Below are positions 29,720 through 38,976 of a stretch of 64,000 nucleotides of DNA, piece after piece. The DNA lies in IMG/VR virus record IMGVR_UViG_3300007735_000802, one strand, 5' to 3'. This DNA is from a virus. Each line of letters begins with the position of its first letter. The first letter of the stretch is position 1. The notes beneath the pieces were generated by a model. It had not been told where the DNA came from. It worked only from the letters and a program-made list of their open reading frames with translations, and did not search any database. The position numbers were made by a program, and so were the translations under genes.

Positions 29720-30548
29720 TATATGCCTTTAGTATAGTATCAACTGCTTGATAAACTGTAGTTTTAGGTCTATATCCTAAAGCAAGTAACCTACTGTTGT
29801 CAAGATACATATTTTCAATTTGAACAATTTTGTGAAACTCTGGTGTGTTTATGTTGACTATATTGCTATTAGAATTTAATTTTTCTTTGCAATAATATAT
29901 TATATCCTTAATTTTAACAGGTTCTGAGTTTGATATATTTGTAATACTGTTGACAGGTCCATTGGTTATACATGTCATGATTGCTTCACAACAATCATCC
30001 ACGAACATGTAATCACGAATTGCTGATCCTCCATCATACAATTTAACTTCCTCATTATTTTTAAGAAGGTTGATCATATATTGTAAAGCATTTTTCTTTT
30101 TTGAAACTTTCTTATCAGTTGGACCAATTATATTAGTAAGACGAAGAATTCTGTAATTCAGTCCAAAAGTTTCGCAATAAGATACTAACATTTTTTCAGC
30201 AGCAAATTTTGTTATTGAATAAAAACCAGTGGGATTACATAATGAAGACTCATTTGCTGGAAGATCATTTGTTTTTCCATATACAAACCAAGAACTTATA
30301 AAATTAAAAACTATTTGTTCTTTTTCTTTTCTACACTCTTCCAAGACATCAATTAATTTTAATAAATTTGTATTGATATCGAGTTTTGGATCACTGTGTA
30401 TATTATAATTATCTACTGTACTTATTAGATAAAGTATATTACTTGATAATGGTTTATTGGATAATTTTGATATAGACATAGATTCATTTTTATACATTTC
30501 ATTAAATCTAGATCCAATAAATCCAGTGCTTCCATATATCGATATCAT
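29712..30548 (-). CDS. NAD-dependent sugar epimerase/reductase (SDR)
   Basis: GSTGFIG, SSWFVYG, YSITK. Confidence 0.88.
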   Translation of the reverse strand: MISIYGSTGFIGSRFNEMYKNESMSISKLSNKPLSSNILYLISTVDNYNIHSDPKLDINTNLLKLIDVLEECRKEKEQIVFNFISSWFVYGKTNDLPANESSLCNPTGFYSITKFAAEKMLVSYCETFGLNYRILRLTNIIGPTDKKVSKKKNALQYMINLLKNNEEVKLYDGGSAIRDYMFVDDCCEAIMTCITNGPVNSITNISNSEPVKIKDIIYYCKEKLNSNSNIVNINTPEFHKIVQIENMYLDNSRLLALGYRPKTTVYQAVDTILKAYND

Positions 30549-30973
30549 CTATAGTTCTCCACATAATCTGAACATATTCCCATAACCTTTAAATCTGGAA
30601 CTACATCTCTATCCAAACAAACAGTTATTCCATTCTTTATATAAACACCAGGAAAACACCAAGGTATGCCTTTACTTGTAATTGTAAACTTGTCAGACTC
30701 ATGCCAAAAATAATTTAAAAAATTTACAACTTCCGTTTCTGCTGCTTCTAAATTTTTAAGATGAACCCATAATTTTTCTTTTCTATTAAATAACCAATAT
30801 TTGTCTATCTTGTAATAGGGTTCATCGTGACCTAAGTAAAAATTACTATCTTTAACCCAAAGGTCAATTTCAACATCATATCCTAATTCTATAACTTTAT
30901 TGATACGAGATGGATTATTTTCAAATTGTGGATTAGGTCCATTTAAATTTCCTCTATGCGATATCAGTTTCAT
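30545..30973 (-). CDS. GDPD/PLC-like phosphodiesterase-fold protein
   Basis: ISHRGN, DVEID, LGHD, HLKN, GICSDY. Confidence 0.7.
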   Translation of the reverse strand: MKLISHRGNLNGPNPQFENNPSRINKVIELGYDVEIDLWVKDSNFYLGHDEPYYKIDKYWLFNRKEKLWVHLKNLEAAETEVVNFLNYFWHESDKFTITSKGIPWCFPGVYIKNGITVCLDRDVVPDLKVMGICSDYVENYR

Positions 30974-31715
30974 AAATATACTTTCTGGTTGGAGTAGAAT
31001 CTACTTCAATGTCACTTTTTACAACTTGGTACAGAATATTATCATTAAAGTTTATATTAATATTTAAATAATCTGTAAGATAATATTTTAACATTCCTTC
31101 AGCATGTGAAATATTAGCATTGCGTTCGAGATACATTTTGTCAAAATGATCATACATTGATAAATAATTAATCATCGATACTTCATCGCCGTATGCCAAG
31201 TGATCACAAAATCCAGATTTAATATCTGCATTTGGTTGATAATATACACTAAAAAAATTATATGGTATAGTTATTCCAGAATCAACAGAATTTATATTTA
31301 CATCAATATAGTTAAGATCAAATCTACTTCTTACAATTATATCATAATAATTTTTTGGAATTAAATCAATAGACTGCTTTACTAAGTACCATTGATATCT
31401 TATTCTATTTGAAGCATTTGTTCCTTGTTCAATTGCAAATTTATTTGTTTTGTAAATATCATATGGTCTATCTACGGGAATAGTTGTTGGTATTGTTTTT
31501 TTATGAATATTCCAATTTAAAATTTTAATTCCTGCACATGAATTATTTTTAAATATATCAATTGGAATTTTTGTTTCATTATTTGCATCTACAGTATCCC
31601 AAGCACAATAATAAATATCAGCATTTTGAAATTTTTCAAATAATTTTAAGTGAAGTTGATGTCCATACTTTATAAAAGATCTTACAAATCCGGTAAAAAT
31701 AATAGCAGTTTTCAT
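30954..31715 (-). CDS. Putative glycosyltransferase-like protein of polysaccharide loci
   Basis: AIIFTGFVR...YDIIVRSRFDL...DHLAYG...HAE. Confidence 0.55.
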   Translation of the reverse strand: MKTAIIFTGFVRSFIKYGHQLHLKLFEKFQNADIYYCAWDTVDANNETKIPIDIFKNNSCAGIKILNWNIHKKTIPTTIPVDRPYDIYKTNKFAIEQGTNASNRIRYQWYLVKQSIDLIPKNYYDIIVRSRFDLNYIDVNINSVDSGITIPYNFFSVYYQPNADIKSGFCDHLAYGDEVSMINYLSMYDHFDKMYLERNANISHAEGMLKYYLTDYLNININFNDNILYQVVKSDIEVDSTPTRKYIYETDIA

Positions 31716-32359
31716 TTTAATATACAGTATCCAAAACCATAATCTTGTGGACACAAATTTTCAACAACATGCCACTTATCTGTATTCAATGCCTTTATAA
31801 ATGAGTTTGGCCCAGGATGTGCCGTAACATCATGAAATCCCACAACTCCTCCCTTTCTCAGCAATTTTGTATATTCCCAATCATATAAAACTTGATTAAT
31901 ACTATGAATTGCATCTATATGAATAAAATCTAAGTAGGTTACACCCAAAGATGATAAATAATCCACCACAGTAGTATAATCTCTAGAATTTGCTTGTATG
32001 AAGTAAAAATTTTTCGAAGGTGAGGCCTCCTTTGGATCTAGATCTACCCCCAAAAATATTCCATTAGATGGAATATTTTTAACAATAGTTGTTGTTGAAG
32101 AAGAATCACCGTTTCTACAAACACCTATTTCTAAAAAATATCTAGGACTAGGCACACAAGCATTAATTGCTTCTTGCAATGCACTATGGTTTGATAAACT
32201 AAATTCATCATTTGCTACTGGTCTTCTAAGCATTTCTTCGAATGGAGAACCATATCCCAAAGGATCACATATATCATCCTTTTCAGAATTGGTTCTTATA
32301 TCTTTAACTAAGTCTTGTTTCCACTTTGTTGGTAAGTCTTGCCTCTGTAACATTTCCAT
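31712..32359 (-). CDS. Class I SAM methyltransferase (Methyltransf_24-like)
   Basis: FLEIGV, DFIHIDAIHS, GGVVGFHD. Confidence 0.8.
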   Translation of the reverse strand: MEMLQRQDLPTKWKQDLVKDIRTNSEKDDICDPLGYGSPFEEMLRRPVANDEFSLSNHSALQEAINACVPSPRYFLEIGVCRNGDSSSTTTIVKNIPSNGIFLGVDLDPKEASPSKNFYFIQANSRDYTTVVDYLSSLGVTYLDFIHIDAIHSINQVLYDWEYTKLLRKGGVVGFHDVTAHPGPNSFIKALNTDKWHVVENLCPQDYGFGYCILK

Positions 32360-32993
32360 CTTCCTCATATGAAATATCATAACCTAGAGTTATCAATCTT
32401 TTTGTAATTTCAACTACGGCATCATGATCGCTGTGAGCATTAGATTCAAAGGATATAAATTCTGGCAACATTTCTGGTGAATCTGAATAATATTTCAACA
32501 CACTATCTAAAATTTTACAATCATATCCTTCAGTATCAATTTTTAATTGTTTTACTTTTCCTATGTTATAGGTATCAATCAAATTTTTATATGTATAGCA
32601 TGGTATTGTTTTTTTTGTAACAAGACCCATAGAAAGCAAATCTACCGTTTTTAAAGATTTTCTGTCTGCATGATGATGCCATGTCCAAGGACATGGAAAA
32701 TATCCTGTATGAAAATCGTGTGGTTTTCCGACAGAATTACAACCCTTCATCCAAATTCCAAGATTAAATTTGTCAATAATTTCTTCTGTTACATAATAAA
32801 CATCAAGACCATTACTGTCTTCATCAGCAACAACTGCTCCATTTATTTTAGTGACATTTTTTTTATTTGGAAGTTTATTTAAATATTCTAATATTGGTTC
32901 AACGGACAATCCGTATTCAGTATCATCTGCTTTTTCAATTAAAGTATCAAAAAAAGCAGTTCCAATTTCAATAAAATCATAATCTTGTTTCAT
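32304..32993 (-). CDS. FkbM-family methyltransferase
   Basis: FIEIG, SVEP, LKIDTEGYD, FE. Confidence 0.8.
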   Translation of the reverse strand: MKQDYDFIEIGTAFFDTLIEKADDTEYGLSVEPILEYLNKLPNKKNVTKINGAVVADEDSNGLDVYYVTEEIIDKFNLGIWMKGCNSVGKPHDFHTGYFPCPWTWHHHADRKSLKTVDLLSMGLVTKKTIPCYTYKNLIDTYNIGKVKQLKIDTEGYDCKILDSVLKYYSDSPEMLPEFISFESNAHSDHDAVVEITKRLITLGYDISYEEDGNVTEARLTNKVETRLS

Positions 32994-34183
32994 TCGACTT
33001 TACCCCATGTTTGAATTGCTTTGTGATATTCTTCACCATATGCTTTGTCAATTGCCTGTCTCATTGCCTTAGCACCAGACAATGTCCCATTTGGATGTCC
33101 ATGCACCGCACCACCAGCATTTCCAAGATAATCATTTCCCACTAAGTTAGTGATCTTGTCAACAAGACCAGGATGCAATCCGCAACTCAATGCTGGGACT
33201 GTGTTTCCCTCTCTGAGAATTCTAATGCATTCCAAAGTTTCTGCCTCGTCGTGATTGCTATAACCACCAACCATTCCTGTTTGGATTGTGTCAACGCCCA
33301 TAAGTGTTGCCAACTGGCACATCACAGTCCAACTGATGCTAAAACGATGCTGTGCGTCTGTGACTACCTTTGCTCCGCTGCTCTGGTAGTGAATGTAGAT
33401 GGGCAGATCCAACTGACGAATGCTGTTGTATGCACCGTAACCACTCCAGACATTGATATGCACACCATTTCCCCCTAATGAGTGAACCTTGGTAACGCGA
33501 TCAACTAGAATATGAGGATCACAGTTAATTGTGTGACAGAATACAACTTTTTTGGATTGAGTCGCCATGTAATTTGAAATTAGTTCTACTCGCTTTTCTA
33601 GTGGGCAGAAATTAGGATTAGACATGATTTCATCTTCCTTGATAAAATCAACACCACCATCAACTAACTCCTTTACCATATCAAGAAGAGTGTCCGGACT
33701 AATTCCAATTTTTGGTTTAATTATAGCACCAAATAATGGTTTATTATACTGCCCAGTAAACTCACGCATTCCAGATATACCAAACTTTGGACCTTTAAAT
33801 TGAGATGTTACGCTTTGTGGCAATTCTAACTTTATTAAACGACAACTTTTTATTAAATCAATATCTACATGACCACCCATAACTTGACAAAGAAGGTGAC
33901 TTATTCCGTCAGTGTTCCAGTCTGTGTTAATTATAGGAAAAGCAATTTTTACTTCTCCATTTTTCTTTTTAAGAAGTTGTTTTTCACTCCCTAAAATTAA
34001 ACAAGAATGATTTTTAAAAAGATCTTCAGTTTCCCATCGATTTCTTACATTTGGATTTCCCACACTTTGTCCGATTGCTATATTCCAAGCAGCATCTCTT
34101 AAACTTTTATTAGATTTAATTTGATATGTAGCAATGAAATAATTGTTAAGATTCACATCGTTTTCAGTTACAAATAAGTTCAT
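32990..34183 (-). CDS. RuBisCO-like protein (form IV RLP)
   Basis: GPKFGISG, IIKPKIG, GGVDFIKEDE, PALSCGLHPG, GGAVHGHPNG, GAKAMRQA. Confidence 0.92.
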   Translation of the reverse strand: MNLFVTENDVNLNNYFIATYQIKSNKSLRDAAWNIAIGQSVGNPNVRNRWETEDLFKNHSCLILGSEKQLLKKKNGEVKIAFPIINTDWNTDGISHLLCQVMGGHVDIDLIKSCRLIKLELPQSVTSQFKGPKFGISGMREFTGQYNKPLFGAIIKPKIGISPDTLLDMVKELVDGGVDFIKEDEIMSNPNFCPLEKRVELISNYMATQSKKVVFCHTINCDPHILVDRVTKVHSLGGNGVHINVWSGYGAYNSIRQLDLPIYIHYQSSGAKVVTDAQHRFSISWTVMCQLATLMGVDTIQTGMVGGYSNHDEAETLECIRILREGNTVPALSCGLHPGLVDKITNLVGNDYLGNAGGAVHGHPNGTLSGAKAMRQAIDKAYGEEYHKAIQTWGKVE

Positions 34184-34184
34184 A

Positions 34185-34514
34185 TTATTTCTCCAAAATT
34201 TCTATCTTATCTCCAGGAACAGAAGGAGTCTTTACTACAAGAACTCTACAATCTTCTAAAAAAATAGGATCTGATATTTCCATTTTGTTAAGAACAAAAA
34301 TATCTCCAGGATTAATCTCTGTGTTATGTATAGTCATTTTACCATCTAGAAGAACATTATATTCGTCCGTCTTAGCATGATAATGTTTTGGCCAGTATTC
34401 TCCTTTTTTGTGTGTCATTACTGCTACTTCAAAATTTTTTGTCTTTAAGACAGATGGTTCAAAGTCTCCAATAAACCATCCACCTTTCATCGTATTTAAT
34501 TTTATAATTTTCAT
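34185..34514 (-). CDS. Cupin-fold protein
   Basis: GWFIGDFEPS, HYH...EYN metal motif, VKTPS. Confidence 0.8.
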   Translation of the reverse strand: MKIIKLNTMKGGWFIGDFEPSVLKTKNFEVAVMTHKKGEYWPKHYHAKTDEYNVLLDGKMTIHNTEINPGDIFVLNKMEISDPIFLEDCRVLVVKTPSVPGDKIEILEK

Positions 34515-35224
34515 AATTTTCTCAAATATTCTCTTAGATCATCAGGTGTTCCAACTGAATTATGCATTATATCTGGAATATGGAAAATGCCAACTCTTTT
34601 GTTGTGTTTAATCATATAATTATATGTTGGTCCAATATAATATTCTCCATTAATAGATTTGTCTTTTTCTTTGATCATTTCTTCTGCACTGTTGACAAAA
34701 TCGTTTCCATGTTTCCAATAATGTATACCATTCAAAGAGATATTGCTAATGATTTCTTTTTCTTTTACCTCTACGACTCTTCCATATCTGTCTAATCGGG
34801 CATAACTATTTTTTGGTGTATTTGCATAATAAGTAACAATTATTCCATCATGCACATTATTCTGAATTGATTTTATAAAAAATTCACTATCCCACCACAT
34901 TATCTGATCACAATTTGCTATAATTAATGGATCATTATTATTGATATACTTTTTCATCAATAGTGCGGTAGATGCTGGACCTTCTGTTAAATAATCTATT
35001 TCTAGTATAACAGAATTATCATTATGTTTTGCAAGCAAACTTTTTAAGTCTTCACTAAAATTACTTTTGCGAATAACGAATAGATAACGACCTTTGATTC
35101 CTAAAGAATCAATAGCATGAAGAATCATTTCTTTGTTTTCTATTTTGATAAGAGGTTTTGGATCTACAAATCCTTCGTCACTAAATCGTTTACCAAGACC
35201 AGCAAGAGGTATTAATATATTCAT
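34511..35224 (-). CDS. Sugar-phosphate nucleotidyltransferase (NTP_transferase family)
   Basis: ILIPLAGLGKRF...PKPLI, TEGPA, NCDQ, EKE, NGEYY, GTPDDL. Confidence 0.88.
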   Translation of the reverse strand: MNILIPLAGLGKRFSDEGFVDPKPLIKIENKEMILHAIDSLGIKGRYLFVIRKSNFSEDLKSLLAKHNDNSVILEIDYLTEGPASTALLMKKYINNNDPLIIANCDQIMWWDSEFFIKSIQNNVHDGIIVTYYANTPKNSYARLDRYGRVVEVKEKEIISNISLNGIHYWKHGNDFVNSAEEMIKEKDKSINGEYYIGPTYNYMIKHNKRVGIFHIPDIMHNSVGTPDDLREYLRKL

Positions 35225-36141
35225 AATATAACCTTATTGATTATCTGCTGAATTAAGTTATTTTCATACTCAAATTCAGGACTCCAATTGTACATAGTAT
35301 GTATAATTGGCAATCCAGTATCAAAAACAAAATTCATGTTGTGTCTTTCACGGTATTTGTTTATTGCAACTTCATCAAAATTATCAACAAATAATGAACG
35401 ATCTGTTATGATATTTTTCCAATTTGTTGTTTTTATTCCAAAAATATTATTACAAAAATAAGGATATTTACTATTATCTTTTATAATAGTTCTTTCTTTT
35501 GGAGACATTACTTCTTTAAAATTTTGAATTATATAATCATTGATTCTTTTTTGACAATCAAATCTAACTCTAACTGGATGAATACCTTTATAATAATGAT
35601 TAAAATTTTTTACTTTAGAATAAAATCTATCTGAATCCCACTCTGGCAAATCTTCGTTTAGAGATCTGTAATCAGCACCATGATCTGCTAGTTTGGTTTC
35701 ATTAAACATCAAATAAAGTTCTTTTTTTATTGAAATAGCGTGATTTTGCAAAAATAATTCAACTGTGGGAATTCCAGAGGAAATAGCACCAGTTGTAAGT
35801 AAATCATTTTCTTCTAACGATTCGATGTTGTGAAAAAACTTATCCCAAGAATCGGTAGTCATAAAACAATCTTCATCGTGTTTTACTGAATATTCGTGGT
35901 TTTGATTTAAAGCAAATACTACTTTCATTAAGTAGTTTAGCATATGACTGCGATCAAAATAATAAAATGATACTCTATCACCCAGATAAGATTCTATGGT
36001 ATTTTTACTAGAAGTATCGATACCATTAGATAAAACATAAAAATGAAAATTTTTATATCTACATTTAGATAATTCATGGGCATGTGCTAATATAAAATTT
36101 TCTCTGCGAGCACCAAGACAAAATATACCAATTTTTTTCAT
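35221..36141 (-). CDS. Putative glycosyltransferase (GT-A-like)
   Basis: KHDED DxD-like motif; position within the glyco island. Confidence 0.5.
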   Translation of the reverse strand: MKKIGIFCLGARRENFILAHAHELSKCRYKNFHFYVLSNGIDTSSKNTIESYLGDRVSFYYFDRSHMLNYLMKVVFALNQNHEYSVKHDEDCFMTTDSWDKFFHNIESLEENDLLTTGAISSGIPTVELFLQNHAISIKKELYLMFNETKLADHGADYRSLNEDLPEWDSDRFYSKVKNFNHYYKGIHPVRVRFDCQKRINDYIIQNFKEVMSPKERTIIKDNSKYPYFCNNIFGIKTTNWKNIITDRSLFVDNFDEVAINKYRERHNMNFVFDTGLPIIHTMYNWSPEFEYENNLIQQIINKVIL

Positions 36142-36146
36142 AATAA

Positions 36147-36827
36147 TTATTCCTGTATTTTCCAATTTTCGTATCCACTATCTTTGTCTGGATCAATGTC
36201 TGGGTGTGGATTCCAATCATAAACATCTTTGTCTTTTAAATATCTCACAACTGAATATGGATTAAGTTTATAATTCCATTTACCCTGACATCTAAGTCCC
36301 CATTCAACATCTTCTCCCTGACCCCAACACAAATTATTGTTCTGTGGATTTTCCAACATAAATTTTTTACTGCCACACCAATATGTGCCGTTGATATACA
36401 TTTCTCTTATTTTTGTTGGATCATTATACTTAACAAAGTGTAAAGGTCTGTGTTGTGTAAACCAATCCCTATGTCTTAATCCATTTTTCATTCTAACTGG
36501 ATTCATACAAACATCCCAATCGTATCCAAACTTGTCATATCCTATAACCCAGTTTTCGCAAAAAGCAACATAGTCATGACTCAAGCAAATATGTTCGTAT
36601 TTTGCATTTTGAACTATAAGATTTTTCTTAACGGTTACCCAACCAGGTCTTATGGTTTCTTCAAAAACTATATTTTTAATATTTTTATTTTCTAATTTCT
36701 TTATTGTTTTGATATATGGACCAATCAATATAATTTCAAATTTTTTAATATTTTTTTGATTTACTATTGATTTAATAATTTTTTCAATATAAAGATCATT
36801 AGAATAACATATTCCAAATGTCCACAT
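36147..36827 (-). CDS. Putative GT2-like glycosyltransferase
   Basis: FEIILIG, KKNL...AKYE..CLSHDY, GEDVEW. Confidence 0.65.
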   Translation of the reverse strand: MWTFGICYSNDLYIEKIIKSIVNQKNIKKFEIILIGPYIKTIKKLENKNIKNIVFEETIRPGWVTVKKNLIVQNAKYEHICLSHDYVAFCENWVIGYDKFGYDWDVCMNPVRMKNGLRHRDWFTQHRPLHFVKYNDPTKIREMYINGTYWCGSKKFMLENPQNNNLCWGQGEDVEWGLRCQGKWNYKLNPYSVVRYLKDKDVYDWNPHPDIDPDKDSGYENWKIQE

Positions 36828-36829
36828 AG

Positions 36830-37459
36830 TTAACCTTTATTTTCCCATCCACACATACCATTTTCATAATTAATTCCTGCTTTACTAATACCAACATAAA
36901 TTTTATGATTTTCTATTTCGTGAATAGATGATGTGCAATAATTGTCTAATTTACAAAAATTGTAATCATTACTGTTATTTCTATAGTAATCTATTAAATA
37001 TGCATGTTCAGTTTCTCTAATTGATGGATCAAGTTTTGCCTTTTCACACAAATTTTTCCAAGGTTGAATAAACTCCAATGATTTTTTAGTATTATTGAAA
37101 AACATAAAACATGCATGAGGAGTGCCAATATCATAATACCATTTTCCAATATCGTATTCTTTATTCCTCATAAAGAATCCAATGTCACATGTTAATTCTT
37201 TCAATTCATCTACTGGTTTTATGAAAGAACAATCTATGTCTATCCATATAACGGCATCATTTAATTCTTTTATCTTTTGTTCAATAAAAGTTGGTTTATG
37301 AAAATTTAATGTTTTATAATTTGGATTATCAATTTGAACATTGTCAATACTATATTCGTATCCAAGAGAATCTAACTGTTTTTTTAAATTTAAATAACAA
37401 TTTTCATAATATTTTGATTTTTCTGGATTACAATCATACCAAAAAGAAATAAATTTCAT
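36830..37459 (-). CDS. Nucleotide-diphospho-sugar transferase-like glycosyltransferase
   Basis: KPTFI...VIWIDID. Confidence 0.65.
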   Translation of the reverse strand: MKFISFWYDCNPEKSKYYENCYLNLKKQLDSLGYEYSIDNVQIDNPNYKTLNFHKPTFIEQKIKELNDAVIWIDIDCSFIKPVDELKELTCDIGFFMRNKEYDIGKWYYDIGTPHACFMFFNNTKKSLEFIQPWKNLCEKAKLDPSIRETEHAYLIDYYRNNSNDYNFCKLDNYCTSSIHEIENHKIYVGISKAGINYENGMCGWENKG

Positions 37460-38118
37460 AAATTCCCCACTAGGTTATATTTAACTGCTTCTTCATTCAT
37501 TCCCATTTCACGCAAAGATTTTTCTTTAGAAACTCCATCCGCAATACCCATTGTTATCATTGGTTGCATTGTGTTTGGTATTGAAGTACCAGGCCATATT
37601 GCATAGTTTATTGGCAACATTCCTATTTTTAGTTTATGTACATACTCTGGTAAAACTTGAAACATGAGTATTTCATGATCAAAGACTTTACTTGTATTTG
37701 ATCTTAAATTTTCTTCACACTTTAAAATCCAATAATTTAAAAATTCAATCACTATGTCTTTGTATGTAAAATAAATCGGAGATGCTTTTGGAAGTGTGAC
37801 ATTGACATTTGGTGGTAGGCCCTGATACGCAAAAGCAATATCACAATTATTTTCTATTTCATCAAACACTTTCAATTCAGCATGAATTAATGAATCTACA
37901 TCCAACCAAACAAATGGTTTTTTCTTTTCAAGCAAAACATCTAATATAAACTTTGGTTTTGCCAAACAATTTAATCTGTACTCTCCTCTAGATGGAAGTT
38001 CTCTCACATCATGTGGAATATTATTTTCGTTGCAGTTGATACGCAACCTACGCGAATGATCGCTGTAGTAGGTTCTTCCATCAATGTCTGCATAAAATGA
38101 TACAATCTCAGTTTTCAT
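37456..38118 (-). CDS. Nucleotide-diphospho-sugar transferase-like glycosyltransferase
   Basis: KPKFI...FVWLDVD...FDHE; related to the neighbouring gene. Confidence 0.7.
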   Translation of the reverse strand: MKTEIVSFYADIDGRTYYSDHSRRLRINCNENNIPHDVRELPSRGEYRLNCLAKPKFILDVLLEKKKPFVWLDVDSLIHAELKVFDEIENNCDIAFAYQGLPPNVNVTLPKASPIYFTYKDIVIEFLNYWILKCEENLRSNTSKVFDHEILMFQVLPEYVHKLKIGMLPINYAIWPGTSIPNTMQPMITMGIADGVSKEKSLREMGMNEEAVKYNLVGNL

Positions 38119-38950
38119 TGATTAACTCAAACAATATATCGTCAGCATTCTTGAGTTCTTTAACACGATTAAAGTTATCTCTTACTGCTTCTAGTTTACT
38201 TTCATATAACTCTTTTGTCAACATTTTTGGATCAAAATCTGGAGTCAATTCTATAATTCCATCTTTATTGAAGATATCTCCAATATCAGGAGTTCCCCAG
38301 TATATTGGAATAGTTCCAGTTGCGAAACAGTCTGTCAACTTTTCTGTATAATATGTTTCATACTTATCATTCTCTATTGTGATTGAAAACATGTACGGAT
38401 TTAAAAGTTCTTCTTTGTTTGGCCATGGATTTCCTTGATCACCAACTCTATTTGATCCTGCTGCTCCACCAAATAAATCAATTTGATTTTTAAATTTTTC
38501 TGCAACTTGATGTCTTATATGATGTCCAAATGTAACTTTTTTCCCAGAAGCAATCATTGAAACTATCTTGGTTTTATCAAAAATCTGATGATTTTTAACC
38601 CAAGGCAAATTACTGCCAGCTGGACAATATTTGATATTAGGATGCTTTCCAACCCACTGTTTATCAGAAACAAAAACAATATCATAAGAATCTGATATAT
38701 TTTTTAAATTATCTTCCCAAACATTTATTGGAACATACCATGAATGAAAAATAGCACGGGATTCACAGATCCATGCTATTTTTCTTTCCCCTAATTTTTT
38801 CTGATACATCATCCCAGGGATTATATGTGAATCAACAAATACCTTTACTGGATGATCTTTTAAGACCCAATTAAAATTTTTTGGTTTATAATCCGAGCAC
38901 GAAGAATATTGATATAAAAATCCACCACCTATTAACTGCATTTCCTTCAT
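38108..38950 (-). CDS. GT10 (alpha-1,3-fucosyltransferase-like) glycosyltransferase
   Basis: YMFSITIEN...YYTEKLTDCFATGTIPIYWG. Confidence 0.85.
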   Translation of the reverse strand: MKEMQLIGGGFLYQYSSCSDYKPKNFNWVLKDHPVKVFVDSHIIPGMMYQKKLGERKIAWICESRAIFHSWYVPINVWEDNLKNISDSYDIVFVSDKQWVGKHPNIKYCPAGSNLPWVKNHQIFDKTKIVSMIASGKKVTFGHHIRHQVAEKFKNQIDLFGGAAGSNRVGDQGNPWPNKEELLNPYMFSITIENDKYETYYTEKLTDCFATGTIPIYWGTPDIGDIFNKDGIIELTPDFDPKMLTKELYESKLEAVRDNFNRVKELKNADDILFELINEN

Positions 38951-38976
38951 AGTATAAAGTCTCCACCATATGTATG

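Noticed and set aside
32304-32380. Programmed frameshift fusing the two methyltransferases
   Set aside because: The overlap is explained by an independent start (GAGGA SD before ATG 32359/32353), and there is no clear slippery site.
32990-34183. True CO2-fixing RuBisCO as an auxiliary metabolic gene
   Set aside because: Loop-6 Lys334, Asn123, Glu60 and His327 equivalents appear absent, and there is no rbcS or phosphoribulokinase.
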